This document shows positions 1 through 12,620 of a DNA stretch of 64,000 nucleotides, one piece after another. This DNA comes from Selaginella moellendorffii (lineage: Eukaryota > Plantae > Lycopodiophyta): the NCBI RefSeq assembly GCF_000143415.4, contig NW_003314331.1, forward strand, positions 354,244-418,243, read 5' to 3'. The stretch's first letter is position 1; every line of letters starts with the position of its first letter. The notes under the pieces are model-generated. The model had not been told where the DNA came from, searched no databases, and was given only the letters and a program-made list of their open reading frames with translations. The position numbers and the translations under genes were made by a program.

Positions 1-1780
1 GCTCTCAACCTTGGATCGCATTTTAACACGCTCGTTGATCGTGTGAGCTCCGACAGTGATTTTCTTGAGCAAACACTCGCAAAGTCTGTATTTGTTTTGG
101 ACTCCGTTTCTTTCTGCTCACCTTTTCTCAGGACACGTACTGCTGATCCTTTCACGGACAAACTGCTCGACATTCACTCGAAGATTCGAGCTGAAGGCAT
201 TGTGCAAGTAAGATTCAGACTTTCCTCATTCTGATTCTACTCCTGACTTGATCTATGCATTTTAGAACATACACCTTGGAATGCATCGGTCGGACTATAT
301 GCGAGATATGGTCACAGGCAAGCTGTTACAGGTTGAGATAAACACCATCTCTTCTTCTTTCGCTGGCCTTGGTTCACTTGTAAGCCAGCTGCACAGGTAT
401 TCACTCCTGTTTCATAGCTGTAGATAACTTATGATTGTTTCCTCAGGGACGTCATTAAAAGAGTCGAGCATCTTGACCCCGGAAAAGTTCCCGAGAACAA
501 CGCAGCTGTTGCATTTGGTGATGTCTTGGGACTTGCTTGGAAGGAATTTGGGAACACGAGGTGAGTGGATGCATGCTTTAAAAACTACTGACACATTCTA
601 CTCCCAGCGCAGCTGTGCTCGTTGTTGTACAACCAAACGAGCGGAATATGTATGATCAGTTCTGGCTGGAAAAATATCTTCACGAGCTGTATCCTTTTTC
701 TCTGTTTGTTGATGTTTTTGTTCCTTGACTTTAAGTCAGTCACGGTGCCAATGTGATTCGTCGAACGCTAAGTGAACTTTATTCTCAAGCGCATCTATCT
801 TCCAATGGAACGCTTTCTGTGTGAGTGCAATCTTTTTTGGATTTTACCAGTTACAGTTATGTTTTTTGCTTTTCTTTTGTGTTTGGTTTTCGCAGTGATG
901 GGCATCCTGTCGCGGTCATCTACTACAGATCAGGCTACGCACCCACTGATTATCCTTCCGAGCGGGTATGTGAGCCATTCGAGGCTATTTTTTTATTTTC
1001 TTGTTGTTTCGGTACAAGGAATGGCACGCGAGATTGCTGCTGGAGCGTTCCTCGGCCATAAAATGTCCATCGATCTCATACCACTTAGCTGGAACCAAAA
1101 AAGTGCAACAAGAGCTTGCCAAGCCGAATGTACTAGAAAGGTATTGCCGTCCTTTGTTTTCAGCTAGTTTGACAGTTCATCCATTCTTCAAGGTTTGTTC
1201 AAGACAAAAACGCCGCGGAGATCATTCGTGAGTGCTTTGCGGGGCTGTGGGGCCTCGACAGCGAAGAGTGTCACGAGATCATCAACAAAGCCATCCAGCA
1301 GCCCGAGCTATTTGTTCTAAAGCCTCAACGCGAAGGCGGTGGTGAGTTTTCGTTTCCAAGTTTCTCCAGCTTGCAAGCGTCGAGCTCATCGTTTTCGCCT
1401 TTCACAGGAAACAACATCTATGGCAGCGCTGTGAAAGCAAAGCTCGAAGAGCTACTGAGAGACGGAGGAGCCGGGCTTTCGGCTTATATCCTCATGCAGC
1501 GCATTTTCCCACCGACGTACACGTCTTATCTCCTGCGAGGAGGCGAATGGAGCGCCGAGCAAGCAGTCTCGGAGCTGGGAATCTTTAGCGCATACTTGAG
1601 GTGAGTATCTCGTGCCATTTCACTTCTTTTCTTTTCTTTTCTCAATCCCTTTGCAGGAATGGCGAAAGAGAAATCACCAACAAGGATTGTGGCTACTTGC
1701 TGAGAACAAAAGCCTCGAAAGTAGACGAGGGAGGCGTAGCCACTGGCTTCGCTGTTCTTGATAGCGTGTATCTCTTGTAG
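1..1780 (+). CDS. GSH2: Glutathione synthetase (eukaryotic type), multi-exon, 5'-partial
   Basis: Spliced exons give [103 protein letters not shown] and [17 protein letters not shown]. Stop TAG at 1778-1780. Confidence 0.96.
689..739 (+). other. U12-type (minor spliceosome) GT-AG intron in GSH2
   Basis: Donor GTATCCTTTT (689-698). Branch point TTCCTTGAC (721-729), with its A 11 nt before the end of the CAG acceptor (737-739). Removing the intron keeps the frame ([16 protein letters not shown]). Confidence 0.9.
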
Positions 1781-1955
1781 GAACTCGCTCTCTCTCTTGG
1801 AATCATGTAAATTACATACTTCAAATTGAAATTTGATCTGGAAGACTTTTGCCATATCCATATATTATAAGATTAAATTCAGAAAAAAGGCATTTCCAAA
1901 ACTTCCTGATTAATTTAATCCTAAGGCAATTTTTATTCTCATTTCTAAACACCGT

Positions 1956-2009
1956 TATATATAAGCCAAAACCTTAAACCCTAATACAGATACCTTTTTT
2001 AGGGTTTTG
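1956..2009 (+). promoter_or_regulatory. TATA box plus telo-boxes upstream of the gene at 2012
   Basis: TATATATAA at ~1956, AAACCCTA at 1976-1983 and TAGGGTTTT at ~2000, immediately before ATG 2012. Confidence 0.5.
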
Positions 2010-2011
2010 TG

Positions 2012-3058
2012 ATGCAAGGGGGAATCTGGTATCCTGGTTCTGGGCGGCAAATCCATGTCGACAATCTTGTGTCTTGCGCCAGGATCGACAAGCAGCAGCC
2101 TTGTAACTTGGTAAGTGTTGTTGCGCCAAATCATGCAATGAAAATTTCTGCTAGAGCTTTATCACGTCTCTGGACGTCGAGGGGAAAACTATAATTCTTG
2201 TTGTTCTGGATGGCTGCGGATCACATAACAAGCGTGAGTTTCTATCTCACGTTTTCTCGTCCCTTTGATCGTTCCCTTTTTTTTTTAACAGGGGCCACGA
2301 GTCTTACACATGAAAGGGTGTATACGTTCCAAGATTTGTGCTCGGAAGCATTCGAAAGTCACAGAGATCTCTCGCATGCTATTGAGTATCTTATGTCGAG
2401 GTAATGGTGTGGTTTCTTTTTCCCTGACTCTCAACCAAAGCCAGGGTAACGACTGCCATAGAAGGAAGAGTTCAAGACCTCCGCGAGGATGAGAAGGAGA
2501 TGGAGGAAATAAGGGCCCAATGGACATACGACGACAGCGACGACATACAAGACGAACCATTGGAAAGCATGGACACGCTCAAGGTGAGTGAGCTAGCTTC
2601 TTGGCTAAAACTGCTGGTAACACGCATGCCAGGCTCAAGATTGGACACCATCCTTTCACTCGACAGTGGTAGCCATCTCGGGGAGCGACATAGCGGTGGG
2701 CGGCCCTGGAGCGTTTGCGACTGCCTTGGTCGATTGTAGCACAGGAGATGCGACGGTAAGTAGAGTTGCAAACTTTGCCTCTCGGTGATCAAATTCCACT
2801 GCCAGTGGCTTGCTCCCGGAAGTATGACTGCGCGCATAAAACCGAATGACGTTCTAGTACTTGGACCTCGTGATCTGCCACTCGACAAAGTTACACCAAC
2901 AATTGCCAGGCGCGGGGTGAGTCTAACTTTGAGAATGACAGTGCTTGTGGAGGCTGACCTTGTCTGTTTTCCAGGAAAGCGTAGATATAGCAGAGCTATT
3001 GTCATCCTTGACGGCAGAAAATGAATCAACTGTCCTTTGTGTGAAGGTTCTTGTATAA
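2012..3058 (+). CDS. Uncharacterised 7-exon protein (~230-250 aa) with a degenerate PP2C/PPM phosphatase-like motif layout
   Basis: Exons 2012-2110, 2155-2233, 2292-2400, 2445-2583, 2633-2755, 2806-2916 and 2975-3058 join through GT-AG introns with consistent phases into one ORF ending ...ENESTVLCVKVLV*. The gene model is solid; the PP2C assignment is inference. Confidence 0.75.
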
Positions 3059-5281
3059 TATTAAAACCTTCTCGGATGAATAGTTTGCAAGTTTATTTAA
3101 AGTTACGTTACTTAAATATTTGATAGTAAACTTAAGGTAAATTATATATTTTTAGAACAAAATAATAAGTTTTACTTTTTATTAAATTTCTAAAAACATT
3201 TTAAATTTGTTATTAATAATAATTAAATTTCTTTGTGATTTCAAAGACAAACCAAAAACCATCATTATATTATTTATCACTTTATCATTACATTTTAAAA
3301 CATAGTTGATTTATATCCCATTCAATACTTATAAATCATCTTTAAAATAAAATTTTCAAATTTTCCTAAACCCAAATTCGATGAAAGTTCAAAAATGTAA
3401 ATGTAAATAACTTAATGAAAAAACTTAAGTATTATAATTATATATTACAATTGAGTATAATAAATTTTTTTTAATATTAGTTTATTTAGTCCTTTTTCTA
3501 CCACTATTATATGTATAATAAACTGTCTTAGATAACTTAAATTTATATGCAAGTAAATGTGTTAATAATTTATTTTATAAAACCATAAAATATCCTGAAG
3601 TATCTCCATTAAGTCATTATATATTCTAGATATATTTTATAAAATGTAATAAAAGAAAATATATATTAACTATATATGCTATAAAACTTGATATAGCTTT
3701 ACAAATAAGTATATAATTATAAATTTAAAATTTATAAGGTTTAGGATTAATTATATATTTTACCTTTAAAAAAAATTTCAATGTAATTTTACTAAATAAA
3801 AAATTATTATTATCAAGTCTCAAAGTTTTAAATTTTCCAACATATAGCCTTCATGATAATGTTTATTAAGAGAACAATAAATTGAGGCTAAAAAACAATA
3901 TATGCTCAAGGGATCAGTAACAGAAAATTAATGGATAAAAAACTAATCTTGTTAGTCTAACGACAGTTATTACAATCCTCAAGTAAAATATATTGACTTG
4001 GTCAAACTATGGGGAAATAAACTACCACTCGAGCTATTTTAGTCAATAAACAGTAATAGGAAAACTTTTATGGGGTCCTAAATTAAATTTTTTAATAATT
4101 TTATAGTTTTTTTTAATAGCAACATTAATCCACCCATTTATTTAGAAACTTTAAATGGATAAAAACTACAAAACCTATGAAATATATAAAGAGGGAAAAG
4201 AAAGGTGACATAGTATTTAAATGTCAATTACAATTGTTGATAACCATAGTGATATTTAGGTTTATTAATAAAATTAAAATATAAATTAATGACTCAAATA
4301 TTTAGCAATTAGGTTTTAAAAAGTATTTTATACACAAGATATTATTTCTTATAATTGTTTTTATTTAATTCTTTGTTGACTAAATTTAAATATTGGTGAT
4401 AATATTTTCTCATATAAGATTTGGAAAAAAGAGTATAAGAAATACAGTTGAAAACAATCATATTTTTATATTGACATATGTAATTTTATTTTTATCGGTT
4501 TGCAATTAGTGATACTTAAAAATTAATAAATATTTATTCTTATTTAAAATTTAAGTACATTAATTTTGTATAAAGCATTTTTCTAATATTACAAACATAA
4601 GTTTCATTGTTTAGTTTTCTTCTCACTTAATTTGTTTCATAAAATTTTGGATTACCCTTGAAGTAAAAAGATAAATATTTATAACTAGGTGTTGGTAAAG
4701 GTTGGAACGATTATATGTATGTAATTTTACCACCCAGAATTTGCCATATAATACTAAAACTCTACTGCCGGCAGAGGCCTGGGGCTTTTGAAATATTTCT
4801 ACTGAGACGTTTTACTCTCTGAATGAGATTGGCACCACATGCAGGTCACAGCTGGCATGCCGGATCAGATTGGAAGAAGTGTGTGATGGCCTCTTTTCCT
4901 GCTTCACTATTTTGTTCTTGAGAAAAACTGTACTTCAATATTAAATCAAGAGGAGGTGTGGAGCTCCTCTCCATCCTCAGAGTGGGAATCGCTGGTCTTA
5001 GTATCTTTCTCGCCTGTCACTGTGGCACATTTGTGACTATCTTTTGGTCGACCAGAATCCCGAGGCAATTTTAAGAATTGGCAAGACCATTTGAAGCGCA
5101 ATTCTTTGCTTCAAGAGTGATAAAGCCTGTCCATGCTCACAAGGCAAGAATAGCTGTGTGCAAGTAAATTTTTTAAAATCCCAGCATTGCCTAGCATTTT
5201 CTAGTAATGATATAATTTCCTCTTCGCTTGGTGATCCAATACACCACCTGGATAAGATTTCGATGAAATCAGCGCACAGAT

Positions 5282-5400
5282 ACACGTGGCGCAAACCGAC
5301 AGCTTAACGGGATAAGAGCGTGTAGTACAGTTGTAACCCAATTAGGGTTTAAGGATGGGCGTGTAGGCAGCAGGGCGAGCGACGCGTCTTGGCATATAAA
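5282..5400 (+). promoter_or_regulatory. Promoter of the gene at 5502 (ABRE/G-box, telo-box, TATA)
   Basis: ACACGTGGC at 5282-5290, ATTAGGGTTT at 5341-5350 and TATAAA at 5395-5400. Confidence 0.5.
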
Positions 5401-5501
5401 ATAACTCCCTGGTAACAAAATCCTCTTTTTTTCCTTGGCGCTCTCTCATCGATCCGTCTTCTCTCTCGCGTAGATCGGGTGTTTTTAGGGCTGCTCTGGG
5501 G

Positions 5502-5867
5502 ATGGGCGGACAGGCAGCGCCAGTGATCATCGAATCGCGAAAGGATCAAAGCCACCCAAAGGAGGCCGCGGCGGAGGAGGCGGCGAAGAGGAGGAGCGGC
5601 GGTGGCAGCGCTGGCGGCGGCATTAGCGAGGCGACGCGAGACGCTGCCCGGGCGCGACTCTTGGTGCTGTCGGAGGCGGGCGACGACGCCGAGCTTCTGG
5701 AGAAGGTGAGCGAGGCAAACACTCCCACTGCTTCTACTCCTAGATCTCCTGCTTCCACTCCAGCTGAGGTCCAAAATGGTGATGTCAAGGATGCTTGCTG
5801 CAGATCAAAGCTGATGGCTATCGCCGACACTTTGCCTCCTGATCCTCTCGCTGCTACTACTCACTGA
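5502..5867 (+). CDS. Small intronless uncharacterised plant protein (121 aa)
   Basis: GC-rich ORF with ATG downstream of a TATA box. Two related motifs (ARARLLVLSE and CRSKLMAIAD) recall the 'RxxLIxIS' repeats of a small plant protein family (from memory). Confidence 0.65.
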   Translation: MGGQAAPVIIESRKDQSHPKEAAAEEAAKRRSGGGSAGGGISEATRDAARARLLVLSEAGDDAELLEKVSEANTPTASTPRSPASTPAEVQNGDVKDACCRSKLMAIADTLPPDPLAATTH

Positions 5868-6245
5868 AAAGAGTGAGTGAGAAAGAGAAAAGAAAGAGCT
5901 CGCGACTCACCGGGAGAGAGAGCTCCTTCCCTCTCTCACTCTCTCTCGCTTTCTCTTCTCTCGGTCAGCTACACCGGTATGTTTTTCCAGATCACTGTTG
6001 CTAGCATTACTACTACCTCGCTTCTTTCGTCATGATAGTCATCGCGATGCTTTCTCTGTGTAAGAACGCACGTTATAATATTCACCCTTCTTTGTCTCGA
6101 AGAAAAAGTCGTACCTTTGCAGCGAAAGTTTCTCAAGGACTTTTGGTTTTCTTGTCTCAAATGAAATCACAATCGCGGATGGATGGAACTGTTATGTCTG
6201 TGATGACTCCTCGCGAGCGCCGACCATAGCTGCATTGACTAGTAG

Positions 6246-7907
6246 TTAGACAACAAGAGAACTTAGGTGGAGATTATTACCACTGCTCGTCTTTGGAGGC
6301 AAAATGTAGTAGTGTAAAAGCCTGCAATCGAATCCTCCCACTGTGATAGGCCACTTCCTATCGGCCTTCATTTGAAGCTGGCGTGTGAGAGTCGAGTTTC
6401 CACTGAGCACGTAAACATCAGCTCTGCTGCTATACTGTTTGAGAAATCTCCCCAGCGCCATGTAAGTTGCGATCAAGCTGTTTAAAAAAACTGTCGTCAA
6501 GGAGGAACCAAATAGATTTCTTGCTTACCTCGGTTCTTCTTCGTTTAGCCTGTTTCCCCACGGAGGATTCACGGTGACGAGCGACGGACAAACAGGAGGA
6601 ACGTATCTCCGGCAGTCCTCGCAGCTGAGGCGGAGGAGATGTTCCACTCCTGCTCTCTTGGCGTCCCGAGTACACAAGAGCAGTGATCCTTCGTGTAAGT
6701 CGTTTCCTAGCAGCTGCAAATCTCGAGGCGCTTTGACTTGCGCTTCAGTAGCTTCTTTGCAGCACAGTTTCCATTCCATCTTATCGTAGTCGTGCCATTT
6801 CTGCAAGGAAAGAAAAGAAAGAACAAGATCAAAATCACAATCAAAGGTGAAAAAGCTTATACCATGAACGGCCATCGCGGTCGCAAAAGTCCTGGAGCGA
6901 TATTCAAAGCCATGAGAGCCGCCTCGATCAGGAAAGTCCCCGAGCCACACATAGGATCCATGAGAACTCTCCCTCCACCAACATTCTTGTTGAAAGTTCC
7001 AAACCCCGGCACAAACTTGTCATTCCACCCGGCCATCGTCAAGATCCCAGCTGCTATCGCTTCGTTCAAGCTGGCCTTGTGCATAGCGTCCCTATAACCC
7101 CTCATGTGAAGGCTCGTCCCGCTCATATCCCTGTATAGCAATGCCTTGTCTCTATACAGAGATAGAAACAATGGCAAGTCCGCAGCATCGTAGGCGTCTG
7201 GCGGATCCGGCCTCTTTCCACCGCAGCAATCCCTGAGAGCGTCACAGATTGCGTCCTTGGCTCGAGTGCAAGCTACCATCGTGTTGGAAACCTCCGAGCA
7301 ATCCCACACTCGGCTATGGATGGAGAAACTTCGCAGCTTTCCTCGATTCCCTGCCACAACCAGCGTCTTCCAATCCACTGCATCCTTCACGAAGTTATAG
7401 ACGGGGTCAGATCGCTGTCCATACCTCGACGATCTTAGATCGGCGGCGGCAATGAGCTGGAGCACGCGAACCGCGCAGCGCGACCAGAGATTGGCCAGGA
7501 ATCCCGTGTGCCAGCTTCCAGAGAAGTAGACCCCAGAGGATCCGGTCTTGACGCTGTGAGCTCCGATGGAGGACGCCCGGAGCTCCGCCGCGACAACGTC
7601 TTCCAATCCGGGGGCGCACGTCGCGAAGAATCGCAATGCGCCATCGGCACGCTCAATCTCGTCACTGGGAAACCAGAGAAACCCCAGGAATAAGCGATAT
7701 GGAGCTGCTAGAGTCGGCTTACCTGAAGAAATATGGATGATCCTCGGGCCTGGCGCTCGAGGAAGCGCTGGAATCGTCATCGTCCTCCCTGAACGGCACC
7801 AATCGTGAAGCGCGACGGGGCCGGCGATGCTGCTGCTGGTGGAAACGCGAGGGAGAACCTCCGGTAGCAGAGATTTGGGGCAAGAATGCCGCCAATGCCA
7901 CTCCCAT
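6246..7907 (-). CDS. THUMP-domain RlmL/UPF0020-like SAM-dependent RNA methyltransferase, probably organelle-targeted (paralog 1)
   Basis: Four exons (7907-7723, 7664-6863, 6800-6529, 6477-6246). Motifs FFATCAPGLEDVVAAEL, SLHMRGYR, ASLNEAIAAG, LMDPMCGSGTFLIEAA and VTVNPPWGNRL. Ser/Arg-rich N-terminus resembles a transit peptide. Telo-box at 7912-7919. Confidence 0.92.
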
Positions 7908-8699
7908 CCTCAAACCCTAGATTCGGCGTTGGAGACTTCTTATTTTAAATTTCAAATTTCATTCTTAATTACGGACAGCTTATTTAACCCATAATTGAAT
8001 CAAGATTGCTATTTGTAGTGGTCACCACTTGAAATATAGGACAATGACATATACTTTTCAAAATGTCACATATATGCATAGTGGAAATTATAACCAAGCT
8101 ACCATTGTCCCCAACTTTACACATGCCAAAACCATCCACTTCATCACTTAGTCACTTACCTCATTGTAATTCCATTGCCTTCACATGAACAAACCCAACC
8201 ACACTTGTTAAGTCCCTCAAATTTAAGTTCCATTGTGAACTTGAGGCTACACATTACACTCATGATGCTCCACTCATTGCATTTTATTTATATATGCCCA
8301 AGATGGTGAGGTCATAGTAGAAGTTTCCATTTCTAGTAATTTGGTCTAGTTTCAACACTTATTGAGGTGTGCCATTTTGCAAACCTTCATTTTAACATAA
8401 GCTTGTGAGAAGTGTAGCATGGCTAGTATTGACTATACTTGGGTGGATAAGTTGTATATGTAGCAAGTAAGGCCCTTAACATCTGTTAGTCCTACTTCCC
8501 AAGTATTATATATGGATCTTAAAGAAATTTTTCACATTGTTCATAAATATCATAAAAATGAGGATTTCCACAAATTTGCCATCTCAGTTTACATCCTCCT
8601 CATGTTTATCTTGGGCAGAAGCTTGGTAGCAAGAGGAAATTCTAAGATTTTGTATAAAGTATTTAGCCATTAGAATTCTAGGGAAATTGCATCCCCTTT

Positions 8700-11600
8700 T
8701 AATATAAAATCTAGAGAGTTATATTGCATTGATTAAAATTTTTTTTTTATAACTTTTGCATTCATACTTAGTTATGATAGGGCAATACTAGGCATAAGAG
8801 CAACTTCTTAAGTATGGGAAGTAATACAAAAGAACACAAAAAATTTACTGATGGGTGGGCTTTTTTTTTTTTTTTCTTTTTTACTTCCATGGTTGCAATT
8901 TTTTCCTCTTGTGAGGCAAGATTTTAGAATGTGGTTGCTTGATTTAAAGCAAGGATTTGAGTAAAACTTTTGCAATTCTCTTTATTAAAAGGGTCAAATA
9001 TGACAATAAGAAAATAAAATTTGAGTGTAAAGGAGTAGAATGTTTTAATGGAATTGCCTAACGATTGTAAACTTGAGAGGCTGCTTGTATTTCAAGATGG
9101 AATTGTGGGCATTTTTGAATGTGTGACTTTCAAGGCAGTGAATTTAGAGTGTAGATTTTTTAATCTAGATGGCTGTGAAAAAGTTTTGAGATAACCTTTA
9201 ACCACTAGTGTAGTTGAAAGTGGTATAAAACTTTATGGTTAAAACTTTATTATAAACAAGTTCATCCCAATGTAAATGCTTTCTCAAAGTAAAGATCTTT
9301 TGTAATTAATAAGGAGTTTAGTTGATTCAAAGTAAAGGTTCATATACAATTTTATTTAGGGAAAAATCATTATAGATAAGCTCCAAAATAATCCTCATAG
9401 ATAAGTTAATAAACTAATCACTTTCACTTTCTAAAACCAAGGTAGGGAATTACTTGTAGTTGCTATACAAAAAGTTATCAAATGTTGAAAGAAATTTTTA
9501 TATACTTAATATGACAGTAAAGGTGCATATGCAATGCTCAATACTTCTACTTAGAATTATTACCATCTCAAAGTATAAAGTATGACATTTCATAAAAACC
9601 TAAAAATCTTCATTATACAACAATTTTCTTAAGGCCAAATTATCTTCAATATATTCTTTATGTAGGTCTTAAATGTTTTAGCATAAAGGCTAATTGCACT
9701 ATGGTCATGCTTGCTATATCACATTTTACTATATTATCCACATTCTACTCCACTTTCCCCTCCACTTGCTTTTGCTATTAGTGGTGACAATCATTTATAA
9801 ATGGAAGAAGAAGTTAGAGTTAAAGAACCTACTCTAATTGCACATAAAAGAACCATCACCAATAGAAAAAAAGTGTAAAGGCTAATGTACTTAGAAAAAT
9901 AGGGTTGATTAAAGATAGAGAATCTATTCGAACCACACTTAGAAGAGGTGGAGTATAAAGGTTGGCAAAGTTTAATTTAGCACTACCTACTCCAACTACA
10001 TCAAGGCCAATATCTAAACACTTTATTTATTTTGACACAAGGCTATTAAAGGCAAATACAATATAGAGTAATCACTCAAATATTACTAACATCAAAAGGA
10101 ATGGTTAGTTATTAACCACACAAAATTTTATTGTATATATTGCATCATTCATTTTCGACCCAAAATTTAGAGAGTTATATTGCATTGATTAATTAAATCT
10201 TTTATAACTTTTACATTCATACATGGTCATGATAGATATAACAAGAAATCATAAGGTATAAGAATAACCTTCCAAGCGTAAGAAGCAGCCAAAAGAGCGT
10301 GAGGAGCTCAATAATTGATAAGTCTACTTTTTTATTTTATTTCTATAGTTACAATTATTTCTTTTTATAAGGTAAAATTCGAGAATGTGGTTATTCGATC
10401 TAGAATGAGGATTGATAAGTGTGTGGTTTGAGTTATCAAGCAAGTTCTTATAATTCTTTTTGTTAACAAAAACAAAGAAAATCAAAAATTTACTCCATTT
10501 TCCATACTAATGCTTTTTTAAGGTAAAAAAACCTTTAAGATGAGTAAAGAGTTCAATTCATTTGTTATGTAAATAAATGTTAAAAATTCATATATGATTT
10601 GATTCAGGAAAACTTTATTATATGTATACTCTTAAATAATCCTTATGGTCAAGCTAAAAAATTCAATTTTTCTTTAAATCAAGATGGGTTACTTATAATG
10701 GCCACTATAATAATCTATTCATTTGATTTTAGAAGAAACCTTTATGTGGCTGATATGATGGTGAATGTGCACAAACAAAATTCCATACTTCTTCTCAAAT
10801 TTCTTATAATTCAAAAGTATAAAACAATCATTATTGAGATTGATACTTTTTAAAGGTTTAAAAATCTTTATCAACATATAGTAATTTTTTTTAAGATTGA
10901 GTTACTTTTGTTGTGTTCTTTACCTAGGTTTAAAATATTTCGGCATAAGGGTTAGTGGCACCATGGGCATGCTTACTATCTTTTACAAACTGATTGCCAG
11001 CACTTTTAGTAAGAGTAAGTGAAGGGGTAACTACTAAAGTAGGAAGTGCAAAATTTAATATAATTGAAAATGGTAGAGGAGTATTTAAAATTGGACAACT
11101 TACTTCAATTATACGTAGATATGTAAAGATATTTTTTGCCCCCCCACCAAACCTAACCTAACCTAATGTCAACCACCACTAATAATAGGGTGGTTAAAGG
11201 CAGTGCATAGTGTAGTTGAAAGCTATGGGGTAGTTAAAGGTGGAGGACGTATTTAAATTGCATATAGAGTAAATAACATTATAGCCAAGAAGGCCTACTT
11301 TAGTTATGCTTACTTTAATTACATTAATGCTAATTTCTATACACTTCATTTCTTTTGACATAAGGTTGTTAGGGCTAAATATGATCATCCAAATCTTATT
11401 AACATAAAAAACTTGATATATAGATATATATTATATATTACATCACTCTCGACCTAAAACTTATGGTGGTATATTGCACTGATCAAATAAACTTTATATG
11501 ACTTGCATTTTACATTTAGTCATGACAAATATAACAGACATTCCTAAGGTACAAAAATGACCTCCCAAACATGGGAAATAGTGTAAAAAAGCACAAAGAA

Positions 11601-12100
11601 TTTAATGATGGATGAAACTATTTTTGTCTATTTCCATAGTTATAATTATTCTTTCTTGTGAGGTAAGATTTGAGAATGTAGTTGCTTTATATAAAACAAT
11701 GATCAATAAACATACAATTTAAGTTAACAAGAAAAAACTCTTGTCATTCTCTTTGCTAATGTGGCATAGGAAGATCACCTTAAATAAGCTCATCATCGGT
11801 GATTAATTCAATATAAATGTTTTCTCAAGGTAAACCTTTATAATTAATACAAATTTTTGTTGATTTATTATGTAAGAGTAATTTTATTTAGGTAAAAATA
11901 ATCACAAGTGAGCTTCTAAATGATCCCCATAGCTCAACTAGGAAATTAATTATTTCCACTTTCTAAAACCAATTTGAGGAATTTTTTACATTAGCCATTG
12001 TAACAAGCTATCAACTTGATATTAAAAAAAAAATTGTTATCTTTGATATGATATTTCTATATAAGGGCTAATAGCATAATAGTTATATTTTTTACCATTT
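8700..12100. repeat. Three diverged direct copies of a ~1.3-1.5 kb AT-rich unit (probable decayed TE)
   Basis: A shared block 'gagttatattgcattgatt...ataactttt(g/a)cattcatac...gt(t/c)atgatag...gaatgtggtt' recurs at ~8715, ~10170 and ~11465. Shared downstream blocks lie near 9270, 10510 and 11815. Confidence 0.65.
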
Positions 12101-12134
12101 AAAAACCTAATCCAATGTCTATCAATTCTTTATC

Positions 12135-12620
12135 TTTAAAATATGCATGGCAATGAACAACACTAACAACAAGAGAAATAATCTATTAAAAGAGTACAAA
12201 TGGGAGGTTAGAAGTTCTTTTGCATAATGATGATGTTATGCTTGAGTTTAAGCAAAAACCTATTGCTTAAATCTCTAATTAATGACTAAACTTAAATTAG
12301 AAATTAGCACTACACACAATTTCTAAAAGAATTTTAATTTTGTCCCTTATGAGTGAGGAGAAACAATAGAAGCTCCTATTAACTACATTCTCAATCTCTT
12401 TTATATTCAATAAACATTTCTCAAGCCCAATATACCAATGTTTTAAAAATTGAATTTAGTAGTATAAATTTGAGTGATTAATCTTTGCTCAAACTCAAGC
12501 ACAACATCATCATCATACAAAAGAACTTTTGACCTCTTCTTTCAATTGTATGCTTTAAGTAGATAGCTCCTTTTGTTGCTCATGCTACACTTATCATCAA
12601 TGCATCATTCTAGAATTGGA
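12135..12620. repeat. Degenerate inverted repeat (foldback/MITE-like remnant)
   Basis: 12204-12257 'gaggttagaagttcttttgcataatgatgatgttatgcttgagtttaagcaaaa' is a near reverse complement of 12483-12536. Weaker pairing extends outward. Confidence 0.65.

Noticed and set aside
1976-2009. AAACCCTA/TAGGGTTT motifs as telomeric remnants
   Set aside because: They are single copies next to gene starts (also 5341, 7912, 14592, 16803, ~30975) and fit ordinary telo-box promoter elements.
3060-4750. Very AT-rich stretch as a possible organellar insertion or TE
   Set aside because: No genes, termini or repeats were recognised. Treated as decayed intergenic DNA, as are 56410-57370 and 58280-60640.
5037-5294. 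85-aa minus-strand ORF and adjacent coding-like sequence to ~4770
   Set aside because: Non-ATG start, no recognisable motif, and it overlaps the promoter of the 5502 gene. It may be a remnant but cannot be supported.
6246-7907. Bacterial contamination or recent HGT suggested by the rlmL-like gene
   Set aside because: It has spliceosomal introns, a transit-peptide-like N-terminus and a telo-box, and is flanked by plant genes.
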